Below are positions 51,901 to 62,720 of a stretch of DNA of 64,000 nucleotides, in pieces. Position 1 is the first letter of the stretch, and each line of letters opens with the position of its first letter. The stretch lies in NCBI GenBank assembly GCA_013239625.1, contig MU054323.1, positions 15,504,029-15,568,028 on the forward strand, read 5' to 3'. The translations under genes and the position numbers were made by a program. Origin of the DNA: Lama guanicoe (Eukaryota). The notes beneath the pieces are model-generated. The model saw only the letters and a list, made by a program, of their open reading frames with translations. It had not been told where the DNA came from and ran no database searches.

Positions 51901-53329
51901 CTAAATAGTTCGCTGGAGATTTGAAAGAACTGATGCAATTTCTAAAGCTGCCTGACTTCCTCCCAGGAAGTTACTCCCACACCAGGGCTCTGACTTCATG
52001 GCCACCACAGCCAGATTTAGAACCTGAAGTATCTGTACAGGAAGGTTGCCTCCTGACAGAGATGGAAAAGTCCAACCATAGTATAGGTTCTGGTGGATTT
52101 TAGTTTTCATAACCTTTCACCGAGGAGAAGGGGTGGGGAATCTATAAATGCTTTCTTTTCATCATGGTCAGATCCAGAGCAAGCCCTGAGCTATGACATC
52201 AGTGACTCCTAGAATACTGAACTGGCTCTTGATAGAGGAAGAAAACACAATTCTAGCATCTAAGTTTTCCCCAGCTGTTAATTGGCTTTATGGTGTAATT
52301 AGTAAAGTAGCTCAAGGGTAAAAGCAAAGTCCAACCTTGAAAAGCCCAGTAAGCCGTTTCTTATCTTAAAAAGAAGTAAGATGCGAAGTTCAGACAGTGG
52401 AGGGGTCAGCTCTGAAGGAGTTAACATCACCAGGCCTCACCACTTCTTCCTCAGCCCTTTCCTATCAACCAGAATCAAGGAAAAGGGAAAATAAAACACA
52501 CGCCAAATTTTCCAAACTGTGCCACTGAGAGAGAGAGAGCACGTATTTTTATCGTAGTCAAATGGGCAGCAAGACGGTGTTGCTTCTGTTTGCATCCGGA
52601 AAGATAAGCCGCCTGCCCGAGGCTCCCAGAGCTCCTGACACAGTGCTGATAATGATCACGGCGGCACCCTCCATCCTTTCCAGGAGGGACTTCGTTCCTG
52701 ACAGGGGCCGAAGGTCATTTCAAGCTGATCTAAACCAAGGAGCAGCCATAAAATAGTAACCCTCTTCCTTGGCGTGTTTCAAAATTTGGCTCTGAATGCC
52801 AGTGCAGAAGGAAAGTTCCAGAGCGGTATGAAGCCAGGGCAGTATCGCTGGAGTACGTTTATAGCCCTCGACAGTGACTGCCCAGAGGGGGTCACATTTG
52901 TTTGGATATGTAACTCCTGATGTGTTGGATTTAAAAATAAACCCTATTATATTAGTGTCATACCTCATGCTTTCCTTGGAACAGTCTCCTCTAATCCTCT
53001 TCCTCTGAGGGAGGGAGGGGGGAATGTTAAGTAGAAATTTGCCTCAGAAGGAGCAGGAGTCCTCAGTAACCACTTCGCTGTCTTCGTTCCGTGATGGGAC
53101 TGGGCAGGTGTCTGATGCAGTCAGCTGGAGGGTAATTTCCCTTTGAAGGCAGAGACCTTGAGCCCCAGCACATGTGAGGGGTAGGAAACCTGAGGGCCCG
53201 TTCTCCAGAGTCAGTGAGCAAGAAGCCCTCTTGTGTGTGTGGCGCAGACCCCTGCCCAGGAGAGCGGCCCTCCCCTGAGGTGAAACCCCTGGGGCCCAGC
53301 AGGCGGAAGGTGTGTGGGGCCTGTGCGTG

Positions 53330-53530
53330 GGGTTCCCGTCCTGGTCCTGCCACTTCCTCGCCGTACATTTTGGGCAGGTTACTTATTCTCCCTGGAGCTC
53401 GGTTTTCTGTGGCATTGAAATAACACCCTGTTCCGTTGGGCTGCAGAGAGCACGTGGAATTGACTCGTGGAAAATGCTGGTTAGCGCTGTGCCCAGTGAC
53501 CTAGTAGGCAGTCAATAAGTGGAAGTTATG
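53330..53530 (+). mobile_element. MIR SINE relic (GC/CpG-enriched)
   Basis: ttgggcaggttacttattctccctggagctcggttttct...tgtgcccagtgacctagtaggcagtcaataa. Confidence 0.55.
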
Positions 53531-53846
53531 ATTACTACTAGGTAGTGAATAAAATGAAGGTCACTGTCAGCATAAGTAACCAGGGGGCGCAATAAACACC
53601 ACAGACAGGAATGCAGTGGCACAGCGCACTCCAGAGCCACACGCAGAGCATTTGGATCACTTGCAGTTGGATATTTCCTGCCTCTATTTCTACACCCCCT
53701 CTTCAACCTGAGCACCTAAAATGCTTTTGTATGAACTCTCAATTAGACTGTGTTGTTTCCCCCGAAGACTACAGCAACTGTATCAATTTATTATTTAGAA
53801 CCTCGAATAGATAAGCCACTGTATCTGTCCGTAAACCAAGTCATTT

Positions 53847-53950
53847 TTTTTTAATTGAAGTATAGTCAGTTACAGTGTGTCAATTTCTGGTGTACAGCAT
53901 AACATCCCAGTCATGCATATACATACATATATTCATTTCCTTATTTTTTT
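53847..53950 (-). mobile_element. Short L1 3'-end insertion
   Basis: Same L1 terminus. TSD CCAAGTCATTT (53836-53846) / CCAAGTTGTTT (53951-53961). Confidence 0.85.
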
Positions 53951-54689
53951 CCAAGTTGTTTCTAAAACTTTCTGAGAGGGCTTTCTCAGATTGACCCAGA
54001 TGTGCCGCAGAAGGAAGTGGTCCATCCGGGGAGAGAAAGGAGTATGTAAGAAACAACGGACCCCAAGACCCATCAGTCAGCCAGACTTCCAGCACACTTC
54101 CAGGCCTCAGTTTAGATGATCTCAGGCTTTTCAGATGAAAGTTAGTAGAAAGATGTCTCTCTAAACCTCCTTAACTAAAATCTGATTACCTGAAATCTAG
54201 TCTAATCTTGGCCACATAGCAGCCACTCCAGAAAAAAATTAGTCAAGGCTTTTTCAAAAGCAAGAGTCCTCCATTTCTTTCACATGAGAATTCCACAGAG
54301 TGGTGACCAACCCATGACTTAAATGTGGCTTTGTTTTAAAGCATGTTTGAAGAAACAAACTTTACTGTTAGGAAATATATTGATACTGTGATTCACACTG
54401 ATCAGAGGTAGAGATATTATGGAAAACCCCCTCCTACAAGTTTCTCTGCTGCCGTCTCCAAAATGGGCTCATTGTGGATTGAAGTCCTCGTCCTTAAGCC
54501 GGCCGGCCCTGACATAAAACATCCACTGCTAAGCGTGGCTCACCCCCGGTCAGCGCACTGGATCCAGCGTGGCCTCCACCTGAAAATGTTGCCTAGCCAG
54601 AAGGTTGTCCACCTTTCCAGAGAGGCCCAGGCACAGCAGACCATGAGACGGGGGTTCTGTGTGTTCCTGGGAGGGTAAGAAAGGGAGCT

Positions 54690-54910
54690 GTTAGGTAGAG
54701 CACAGGGCAGAGAACGTGGCCTTTGCAGTCAGGTGGAGCCAGGACTAGATGCAGGCTCCACTGCCTGCTGGCTCGGTCACATCAACTTTCTTCCCCTCAC
54801 TGAACCTGAGTTTCCACAAGACTAGGATAGACAGCCCTACGTCACAGAGTTGCTGTGAGGCTGAACCAGGCGGGGTCCTGAGCTCAGCACCTGGGCACCA
54901 CAAATGCTCT
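54690..54910 (+). mobile_element. MIR SINE relic
   Basis: ctgaacctgagtttcc...cctacgtcacagagttgctgtgagg. Confidence 0.55.
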
Positions 54911-55884
54911 GCAGTTGCTGGTTCTCCTCTTCAGTGCTCGGCACCTAGATCCTTTCAGAACCATCTCTCTTCTCTCTCCCACCTGCCTCCTCTGACCTGC
55001 GATCTCTAAGGAGAGCAACTGTGCTCTGCATTCCAGCCTAAACACTGGTTTAGACTTCTGTGAGACCTTGAGGATCCTCATTCCTACATCCAGTTCCCTT
55101 TACAGGGTCTTTTTGGGGGTCATTGGTCCCTGTTTCACTCTCTGCCACCTCCAAGGAGATACACCCTCCACCAGTTGCTTAACCCTAGTAAGACCTTCCT
55201 GATCTCAAGTCAGAATTAACTCCATTGAAAATGAACTGAGGTTGAAGGCAAGATGCTTCCAAGGTAATCTGATGAGCGGAGCTGAATGGAATAGAGATAA
55301 GTTGGTGGAAGCACCTGGAAATTGGGTCCATGGTCGTCGCCCCCTCCCTGAAGGGGAAGAGCTTCATCATGGCCACTGAAACTCTGGAGGCTCCACTGAT
55401 CTGACTCCGCCTCTGAGCAAGTATGCACAGAGCCTGCTTGGTGTCTCTGTGGGGCTTCCAACTTAATGGGTTTCACTGTGTTCCTTGTCAACATATTGCT
55501 ACTTTGAACTCTTAATCGTCACTGAATTTAGGAAAAGACTCATTTTTGTAACAAAATCAAATGGGAAACTTTAGTTTCATCTGATATGTGGTGGAAAGTT
55601 CTTGGTTCAGCCTGTTGCCTCCAGGGCATCCGAGCAGTTGCTGTCCCTCTTGTATCATTTTGTAAACACTCTTTTCGACGGTGATCTCAGTCACTGAATG
55701 AGTAGTTCTGTAAACGCTGTTATGCTGTAGCTCAGCATTTGGTCTCTGGCATATCTTCCATGGTTTAATTTTCTTTCAGTCCATTGAAATTCTTCAAAGT
55801 GGGTCAGGAGCATTCAGAAAGCACCACACTGCATGACCAGGTTCTTTAGAGCGAGGCTCAGGCTGAGCACTTCCCTTCAGTATC

Positions 55885-55910
<26 letters not shown>
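55885..55910. repeat. (TG)13 microsatellite in duplication unit 1
   Basis: Followed by TTTG. Confidence 0.95.
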
Positions 55911-55915
<5 letters not shown>

Positions 55916-55974
55916 CGGGGACAAGGGGGAGCTTGGTAACGCGTGCACACGTCTGTTGGAGATACCCATTTTAA

Positions 55975-56970
55975 TATTTTTGCTTCATTGTCAAGAGTAA
56001 CTCATGTTCATTGCAACAACAACAAAAAAAGTTAAAGAGAAAAATTCATCCTTGATTCTAAGAGTTACTATTAACGTTTTCATCTCTGGATGGTTTTTAA
56101 TTTTCCTTTTTACATCGTTGAGCTTATACTACAAGTCATGCATTTTAATAGCTGCACGGGAGTCCCTCATATGATTGTATCATGAGTCGTTTAAATATTC
56201 CCATATTGTTGGGCACAGATTTTTTTCCCATAATTTCTTTGTCTTTGTAACAGTTTTTAGTTTATTAATCCTCTCATGAAAAATCTGCACAATCACCACA
56301 GTTAACCACTGCAGAATCTTTATTCCTTCTTTTTGCCAGCACCAACATGGGCCCTCGTAGTCCCCCCGACTTTCTTCATCCTGTTCTTCCGTTCCTTTCG
56401 CTGTTTCCTCGAGGCCTTTTTCTTCTCGTATAGACCATGTCTTGCAAGCCTGTGTTTGGGGTCATTTTTCTTCGCCTAATCCAAGGAATCGTAAGTCATG
56501 CCAAAGCCAGTGGTCTTGCCACCACCAGAATGAGCTCTGAATCTGGATACAAAGATGACATCTGGCGTGGTCTCACCCGTCTCGGCGAGTTTTTCACTGA
56601 TTTCTGTCTGAGGGACTGTTGCCTTCCCAGGGTGAAGGGCATCAGCGACCATTTGTTTCCGCTGAAGCAGGCGGCTGGTCACGACCTTCCTGGTCCGGAC
56701 AGTTACTGTGTCATTCGTGATGGCGGCTGATCTTGAAGCAGACAGGGAGGGAAAGAGCCATAACTTCTTGTTGTTATCTATAATCCTGTGATGAATGCTT
56801 ACATAAACAGCTTATTTGAGGCCTTTTTTGATTATTTCCTTGGGATAGCTTACTAGAAATAGAGCTACTGGATCAGGGAAGTATACGCTTCTTAAAGATA
56901 CTCAAAGGATACTGCCAGTTTTGTCTGTTACCCTAGCCCTCACCACTGTACTTGTAGTAGATTCCAGTGA
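55975..56970 (-). mobile_element. Old L1M(E)-type fragment interrupted by the RPS24 retrocopy (duplicated at +2332)
   Basis: ttttaatagctgca...tcccatattgttgggcac on the left and tgtgatgaat...gattatttccttgggatag...tagaaatagagctactggatca on the right are collinear pieces resembling an old L1 3' region. Confidence 0.6.
56240..56757 (-). pseudogene. RPS24: RPS24 (eS24) processed pseudogene, copy 1, full length
   Basis: Intronless. Has a 5' TOP-like start CTCTTTCCCTCCC, a 399-nt frame at 56718-56320 with the start mutated to ACG and an internal TAG at 56478-56476, AATAAA at 56266-56261 and a degraded A tail. TSD is CCATAATTTCTT (56228-56239) / CCATAACTTCTT (56758-56769). Translation RLLQRKQMV...HPGKATVP...GGGKTTGFG...[14 protein letters not shown] matches RPS24. 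Confidence 0.96.
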
Positions 56971-58218
56971 CTAAAATTTGTCCCTGTTTGTCTTGTTGAG
57001 CCCCAAATCAGTTCTACCCTAGTGAGAGCTTCCTGGTCATGTTCACACAGAAAGGCTGAGCTTTGGAAGGTCCACCCCTGCAGCTCTGAGTGATTCACTG
57101 GGAAACCTGGTTTGATCAGGCTTGACCGGGTCTTCCACAAGCTCACCAGCTGTTTAATTCTTAAAGCAGGAAAACAACTCACGCATTGGAATTACGTCTG
57201 CCTTGCCTTCTGTTCCAAGAAACAGGGTCTTTCTTTGTGCCCGTCTCCCTCCCCATCCACATCCTGACCGCTGTTTCTCAGAAACATCTCTCCAGCCCCG
57301 CCTTGCCGTTCCAGCGCCCTTGCCCCTGCGTTAACTCAGGCCCGTGTCACGCCCCCTTGAACAGTATCCCCATCCTCCTAGCCCCACTTGGTCTTCCACA
57401 CTGTCACATTCCAGAGTCCTCGTCTTGAAAACAAAGCTGATCAGGCCCGTCTCCTCGACTGCGGGAAGGCATCTAAATCTGTGGCTGCTGTTGAAGGCCT
57501 TTTACGGCCTGATCCCAGCCGTCGTGTGCATGGCCCCGACAGCCCTCACATCCTTCCAGCATGGTGGGCTGCTGGACACTCCACCCTCTGATGTGTGCCC
57601 TCCCTCTAGCTGCTTCATCTTCTGCTCAGCCCTCAAAGTAAAACTGAAGCAGCAGATCATGGGCAAAGCCTCGCCCAGTTCCCCCACAGAGCCAGTCGCT
57701 CTGCCCTCTGAGCTGCGTGTTTAATTCACAGCACAGCAGGTGCTGCACGGTCCCCAGCCTGTCTCCACCACTTCTGCTCAGTCCTCTAGGTCAGGGTCCA
57801 GGCCGTGCCTTTTTTTTTTCCACTGATGATAAAAGTTTGTAGAATAAGTGAATGAATGTCTTTGTAATATTTAACACACAATGACTATTTTTAATAAATG
57901 GGAAACTTAGTTTCATCTGATATGTGGTGGAAAGTTCTTGGTTCAGCCTGTTGCCTCCAGGGCATCCGAGCAGTTGCTGTCCCTCATGTATCGTTTTGTA
58001 AACACTCTTTTCCAGTGATCTCAGTCACTGAATGAGTAGTTCTGTAAACGCTGTTATGCTGTAGCTCAGCATTTGGTCTCTGGCATATCTTCCATGGTTT
58101 AATTTTCTTTCAGTCCATTGAAATTCTTCAAAGTGGGTCAGGAGCATTCAGAAAGCACCACACTGCATGACCAGGTTCTTTAGAGCGAGGCTCAGGCTGA
58201 GCACTTCCCTTCAGTATC

Positions 58219-58246
58219 TGTGTGTGTGTGTGTGTGTGTGTGTGTG
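58219..58246. repeat. (TG)14 microsatellite in duplication unit 2
   Basis: Uninterrupted paralogue of the repeat at 55885. Confidence 0.95.
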
Positions 58247-58571
58247 CCGGGGACAAGGGGGAGCTTGGTAACGCGTGCACACGTCTGTTGGAGATACCCA
58301 TTTTAATATTTTTGCTTCATTGTCAAGAGTAACTCATGTTCATTGCAACAACAACAAAAAAAGCTAAAGAGAAAAATTCATCCTTGATTCTAAGAGTTAC
58401 TATTAACGTTTTCATCTCTGGATGGTTTTTAATTTTCCTTTTTACATCGTTGAGCTTATACTACAAGTCATGCATTTTAATAGCTGCACGGGAGTCCCTC
58501 ATATGATTGTATCATGAGTCGTTTAAATATTCCCATATTGTTGGGCACAGATTTTTTTCCCATAATTTCTT

Positions 58572-59089
58572 TGTCTTTGTAACAGTTTTTAGTTTATTAA
58601 TCCTCTCATGAAAAATCTGCACAATCACCACAGTTAACCACTGCAGAATCTTTATTCCTTCTTTTCGCCAGCACCAACATGGGCCCTCGTAGTCCCCCCG
58701 ACTTTCTTCATCCTGTTCTTCCGTTCCTTTCGCTGTTTCCTCGAGGCCTTTTTCTTCTCGTATAGACCATGTCTTGCAAGCCTGTGTTTGGGGTCATTTT
58801 TCTTCGCCTAATCCAAGGAATCGTAAGTCATGCCAAAGCCAGTGGTCTTGCCACCACCAGAATGAGCTCTGAATCTGGATACAAAGATGACATCTGGCGT
58901 GGTCTCACCCGTCTCGGCGAGTTTTTCACTGATTTCTGTCTGAGGGACTGTTGCCTTCCCAGGGTGAAGGGCATCAGCGACCATTTGTTTCCGCTGAAGC
59001 AGGCGGCTGGTCACGACCTTCCTGGTCCGGACAGTTACTGTGTCATTCGTGATGGCGGCTGATCTTGAAGCAGACAGGGAGGGAAAGAG
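58572..59089 (-). pseudogene. RPS24: RPS24 processed pseudogene, copy 2 (product of the tandem duplication)
   Basis: Same sequence offset by +2332, with the same ACG start, same TAG and same TSDs. One extra K->E change near the C-terminus (GGC GAA AAG). Confidence 0.95.
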
Positions 59090-62000
59090 CCATAACTTCT
59101 TGTTGTTATCTATAATCCTGTGATGAATGCTTACATAAACAGCTTATTTGAGGCCTTTTTTGATTATTTCCTTGGGATAGCTTACTAGAAATAGAGCTAC
59201 TGGATCAGGGAAGTATACGCTTCTTAAAGATACTCAAAGGATACTGCCAGTTTTGTCTGTTACCCTAGCCCTCACCACTGTACTTGTAGTAGATTCCAGT
59301 GACTAAAATTTGTCCCTGTTTGTCTTGTTGAGCCCCAAATCAGTTCTACCCTAGTGAGAGCTTCCTGGTCATGTTCACACAGAAAGGCTGAGCTTTGGAA
59401 GGTCCACCCCTGCAGCTCTGAGTGATTCACTGGGAAACCTGGTTTGATCAGGCTTGACCGGGTCTTCCACAAGCTCACCAGCTGTTTAATTCTTAAAGCA
59501 GGAAAACAACTCACGCATTGGAATTACGTCTGCCTTGCCTTCTGTTCCAAGAAACAGGGTCTTTCTTTGTGCCCGTCTCCCTCCCCATCCACATCCTGAC
59601 CGCTGTTTCTCAGAAACATCTCTCCAGCCCCGCCTTGCCGTTCCAGCGCCCTCGCCCCTGCGTTAACTCAGGCCCGTGTCACGCCCCCTTGAACAGTATC
59701 CCCATCCTCCTAGCCCCACTTGGTCTTCCACACTGTCACATTCCAGAGTCCTCGTCTTGAAAACAAAGCTGATCAGGCCCGTCTCCTCGACTGCGGGAAG
59801 GCATCTAAATCTGTGGCTGCTGTTGAAGGCCTTTTACGGCCTTATCCCAGCCGTCGTGTGCACGGCCCCGACAGCCCTCACATCCTTCCAGCATGGTGGG
59901 CTGCTGGACACTCCACCCTCTGATGTGTGCCCTCCCTCTAGCTGCTTCATCTTCTGCTCAGCCCTCAAAGTAAAACTGAAGCAGCAGATCATGGGCAAAG
60001 CCTCGCCCAGTTCCCCCACAGAGCCAGTCGCTCTGCCCTCTGAGCTGCGTGTTTAATTCACAGCACAGCAGGTGCTGCACGGTCCCCAGCCTGTCTCCAC
60101 CACTTCTGCTCAGTCCTCTAGGTCAGGGTCCAGGCCGTGCCTTTTTTTTTTCCACTGATGATAAAAGTTTGTAGAATAAGTGAATGAATGTCTTTGTAAT
60201 ATTTAACACACAATGACTATTTTTAATAACAGATAATTTTAACGTCACAGATATTAGCATTGATTAATTAAATATCTTAAGATCTAATATGTTTTGCCAA
60301 CATCTTGAGAAAATACAGACCAGTGTTTAGCCTTGACTTGAACATTTTTTATGAAGTCCTTATCCTTTCTGTGCCTCTGCCTCATTCCTTTCCTCTAAGG
60401 AGAGAACTGGCAAAATGGCTGGAGGAGGAAAAGCACAGTAGAAAGTGATGGATGAGATGGAGTGAGGAGTTTAACCTTCTCTTCTCTAAGGTCCTTGCAT
60501 GGTGATACATTACTCAAATTTTATGCACTGATACTGATCCATCCTGTGAGCTGTGACAAGGTTTATGTAAAATATAATCAGTAATATTGCTTTATGAAGA
60601 AATGCTTCCTTTCATAAAGATTTCTCTCCATAAGAGACTCTAGATTTGATGGCAAATCTAATGTCCTCAGTGAGATGTTGGCTGGAGGTCAGTATATTAC
60701 TTGAATTAAGTTTGTTAAATGATTCTCCTCAGCCATTTGACGTGTACATTTTGGATATCTTAATGAAGCCGCCTCCTGTAAGGATTTCAGATTGGCAAAA
60801 ACTTCTGCCACAAGTTTGGTGTGAAAGCTTCCCCGTGAGTTTTTAAGCTTCAACAGTCAGTGCGCCAGAAAACTTCCTGCAGAACACTCACATAGACAGC
60901 AAAGTATGTTTTTAAGTAGATATTGGAAAAGAATTAATGCTCACAGCTAGAACTTACTGTAATTGCTCAATATCCCTTGTTGAACCTCAGGCAGCAGTAA
61001 TGAGAGAAATAATGAGAAAACGTGGGGAAACAGAGAGATTGACAATGAGGCCTTCCCATGCTTGCTTATACCACTGCACAATGGAGCAAGACTTACACCT
61101 TTGGAAATACAAAACAGTATAGTCACAGGACATGACTAGTGCCCTTAGTCGGGGGCACACGCTCGGGTGACCGGTGGGAAGAGAAGGTGGATGCCCAAGA
61201 CAGCGGTTTCTGTCTGGGACCCCCTCTGGAACAGCTCGGCGGGAAGTTCGAGCTCAGTCTCCTCAGAGAACAGCTTCCAGCCACCCGGCAGCACTTGGCC
61301 GCAGAGTGCGGGGCGCCTGACATCAGTGCCCCTCGGGGTTCTGTCCTGGGGCCTGGGCCGTGAGCTGACCCTGCTGGAGCTTCCAGGTGCCGTCAGGGAG
61401 AACCTGAGCCCTGGACACTTCTTTCCTAAGGAACTTTCTTTCCAGATTCCTTTATGGTTTTTCATTTACTAGCGACCAGTGGTGAGTGAAGCTGCCTGTA
61501 GAATCTGAGCGTAAAATTTCTGCAGATTAGTCGGAGTCACGTCCAGTTACCAGCCTGTCTGATGACACGGATGTGCTGCCCGACCCCCAACCCATGTTCC
61601 CCCTTGATTGGCCCCATCCCTGCTTTGCTGGCCCCTGGGCTCACTCGGTGCCGCCCTTGAACTCTGGAGGGAAGGTGAGCACTAGTAAGATCGGGTAAAC
61701 CAGGACAGGGCCTCAAGTCAGAGAGAAAGGAACTTTCAAGGAAAAGGTTGGGATGGGGGTGGTGTTTGAGGATGGCAGGGGAGAACGCAGGAAAAAGAAC
61801 AGAACATGTAAAGCCATAAATTCTTACACATAAAAATAGCTCTTAAAATTAGATTGTTCTGAAAAAGCATAGTTTGCTGGGGGAAAAAGAAATGGACTGA
61901 AATGACATGAGGTTGTTTTTAAAAGTAGGAATGTCCTGGTTGATGAGAGGGGAATCCCCCCAGCAGCGCTGGAAAATGAAGGACACGGTTATCTCCGTGC

Positions 62001-62525
62001 TAGCCCCCGTCTGGGAGAGCGCAGGAAACCCGCCATCGCCACTCCTTAGTGTCCCGGCACCGTTTACGTAGAGATTAACTGGAGATAGGAGCGCCTTGAA
62101 TTCCTTCTGTAATACTCAGCAGGGCTTTTTCTTTTTCCACGTGGAACAGAGCCCTCAAACCTGCCCCTCTGCCTGTTGGTGTTTCAGTCGTGGTTTTCTA
62201 GGGTAGTACGTTCAGCAGCCGTTCAGTGACTGAGTTTGCGTATTTTGCGATGACGGTCGCGAGATCCATAGCCAGCGGGTGTGTCAGCCTCAGTGGCCCT
62301 TGATCGGGTTTGGGCCACAGGACGAGCCTTCCCGAGCCTCTGCTGCGCAGAGGAGGATGACAGTCGGGGGCTGGGGAACGGGCGTTTCGCCCAGTTCCGG
62401 AAATCCTAGAGCTGCTGTGGTTGTGCAGGGCCCTTCCCCTTCCCCTTTCAGGTCTCAAGTCTGATGAGAAATTGTGTTTGTCATGTGGAGCGACCCCACC
62501 GTGTGTGTGCTGTTCTTTTCACTAG

Positions 62526-62720
62526 AAGACACGATCCCAAAGAAGGCGGTGTGCCACTTCAGCGGGAGGGCCTATGCCGACGAGGAGCGCTGGGACATTG
62601 ACAGCTGCACGCACTGCTACTGCCTGCAGGGCCAGACCCTCTGCTCCACCGTCAGCTGCCCGCCGCTGCCCTGCGTCCAGCCCATCAACGTGGAAGGAAG
62701 CTGCTGTCCCATGTGTCCAG
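62526..62720 (+). CDS. CRIM1: CRIM1 exon (approx. exon 14; VWC repeat 6), 195 bp
   Basis: Acceptor ttcttttcactAG|AAG, donor CAG|GTACCG. Translates EDTIPKKAVCHFSGRAYADEERWDIDSCTHCYCLQGQTLCSTVSCPPLPCVQPINVEGSCCPMCP. Confidence 0.96.

Larger units (their letters stand above)
55559..57897 (+). repeat. Tandem segmental duplication, unit 1 (~2.34 kb)
   Basis: Sequence from AAATGGGAAACT to ACTATTTTTAATAA recurs immediately downstream. ORF-track peptides are repeated at offset 2332. Confidence 0.97.
57896..60229 (+). repeat. Tandem segmental duplication, unit 2 (~2.33 kb)
   Basis: Head-to-tail copy. I counted about ten differences from unit 1 by eye. The junction shares a 2-bp AA overlap (57896-57897). 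Confidence 0.97.

Noticed and set aside
56476..56682. RPS24 ORF as a functional retrogene
   Set aside because: The start codon is ACG, there is an internal TAG, and 25 codons are altered in an otherwise invariant protein.
56437..56730. 97-aa + strand ORF (and its twin at 58769-59062)
   Set aside because: It is the antisense shadow of the RPS24 pseudogene and is repeated only because of the duplication.
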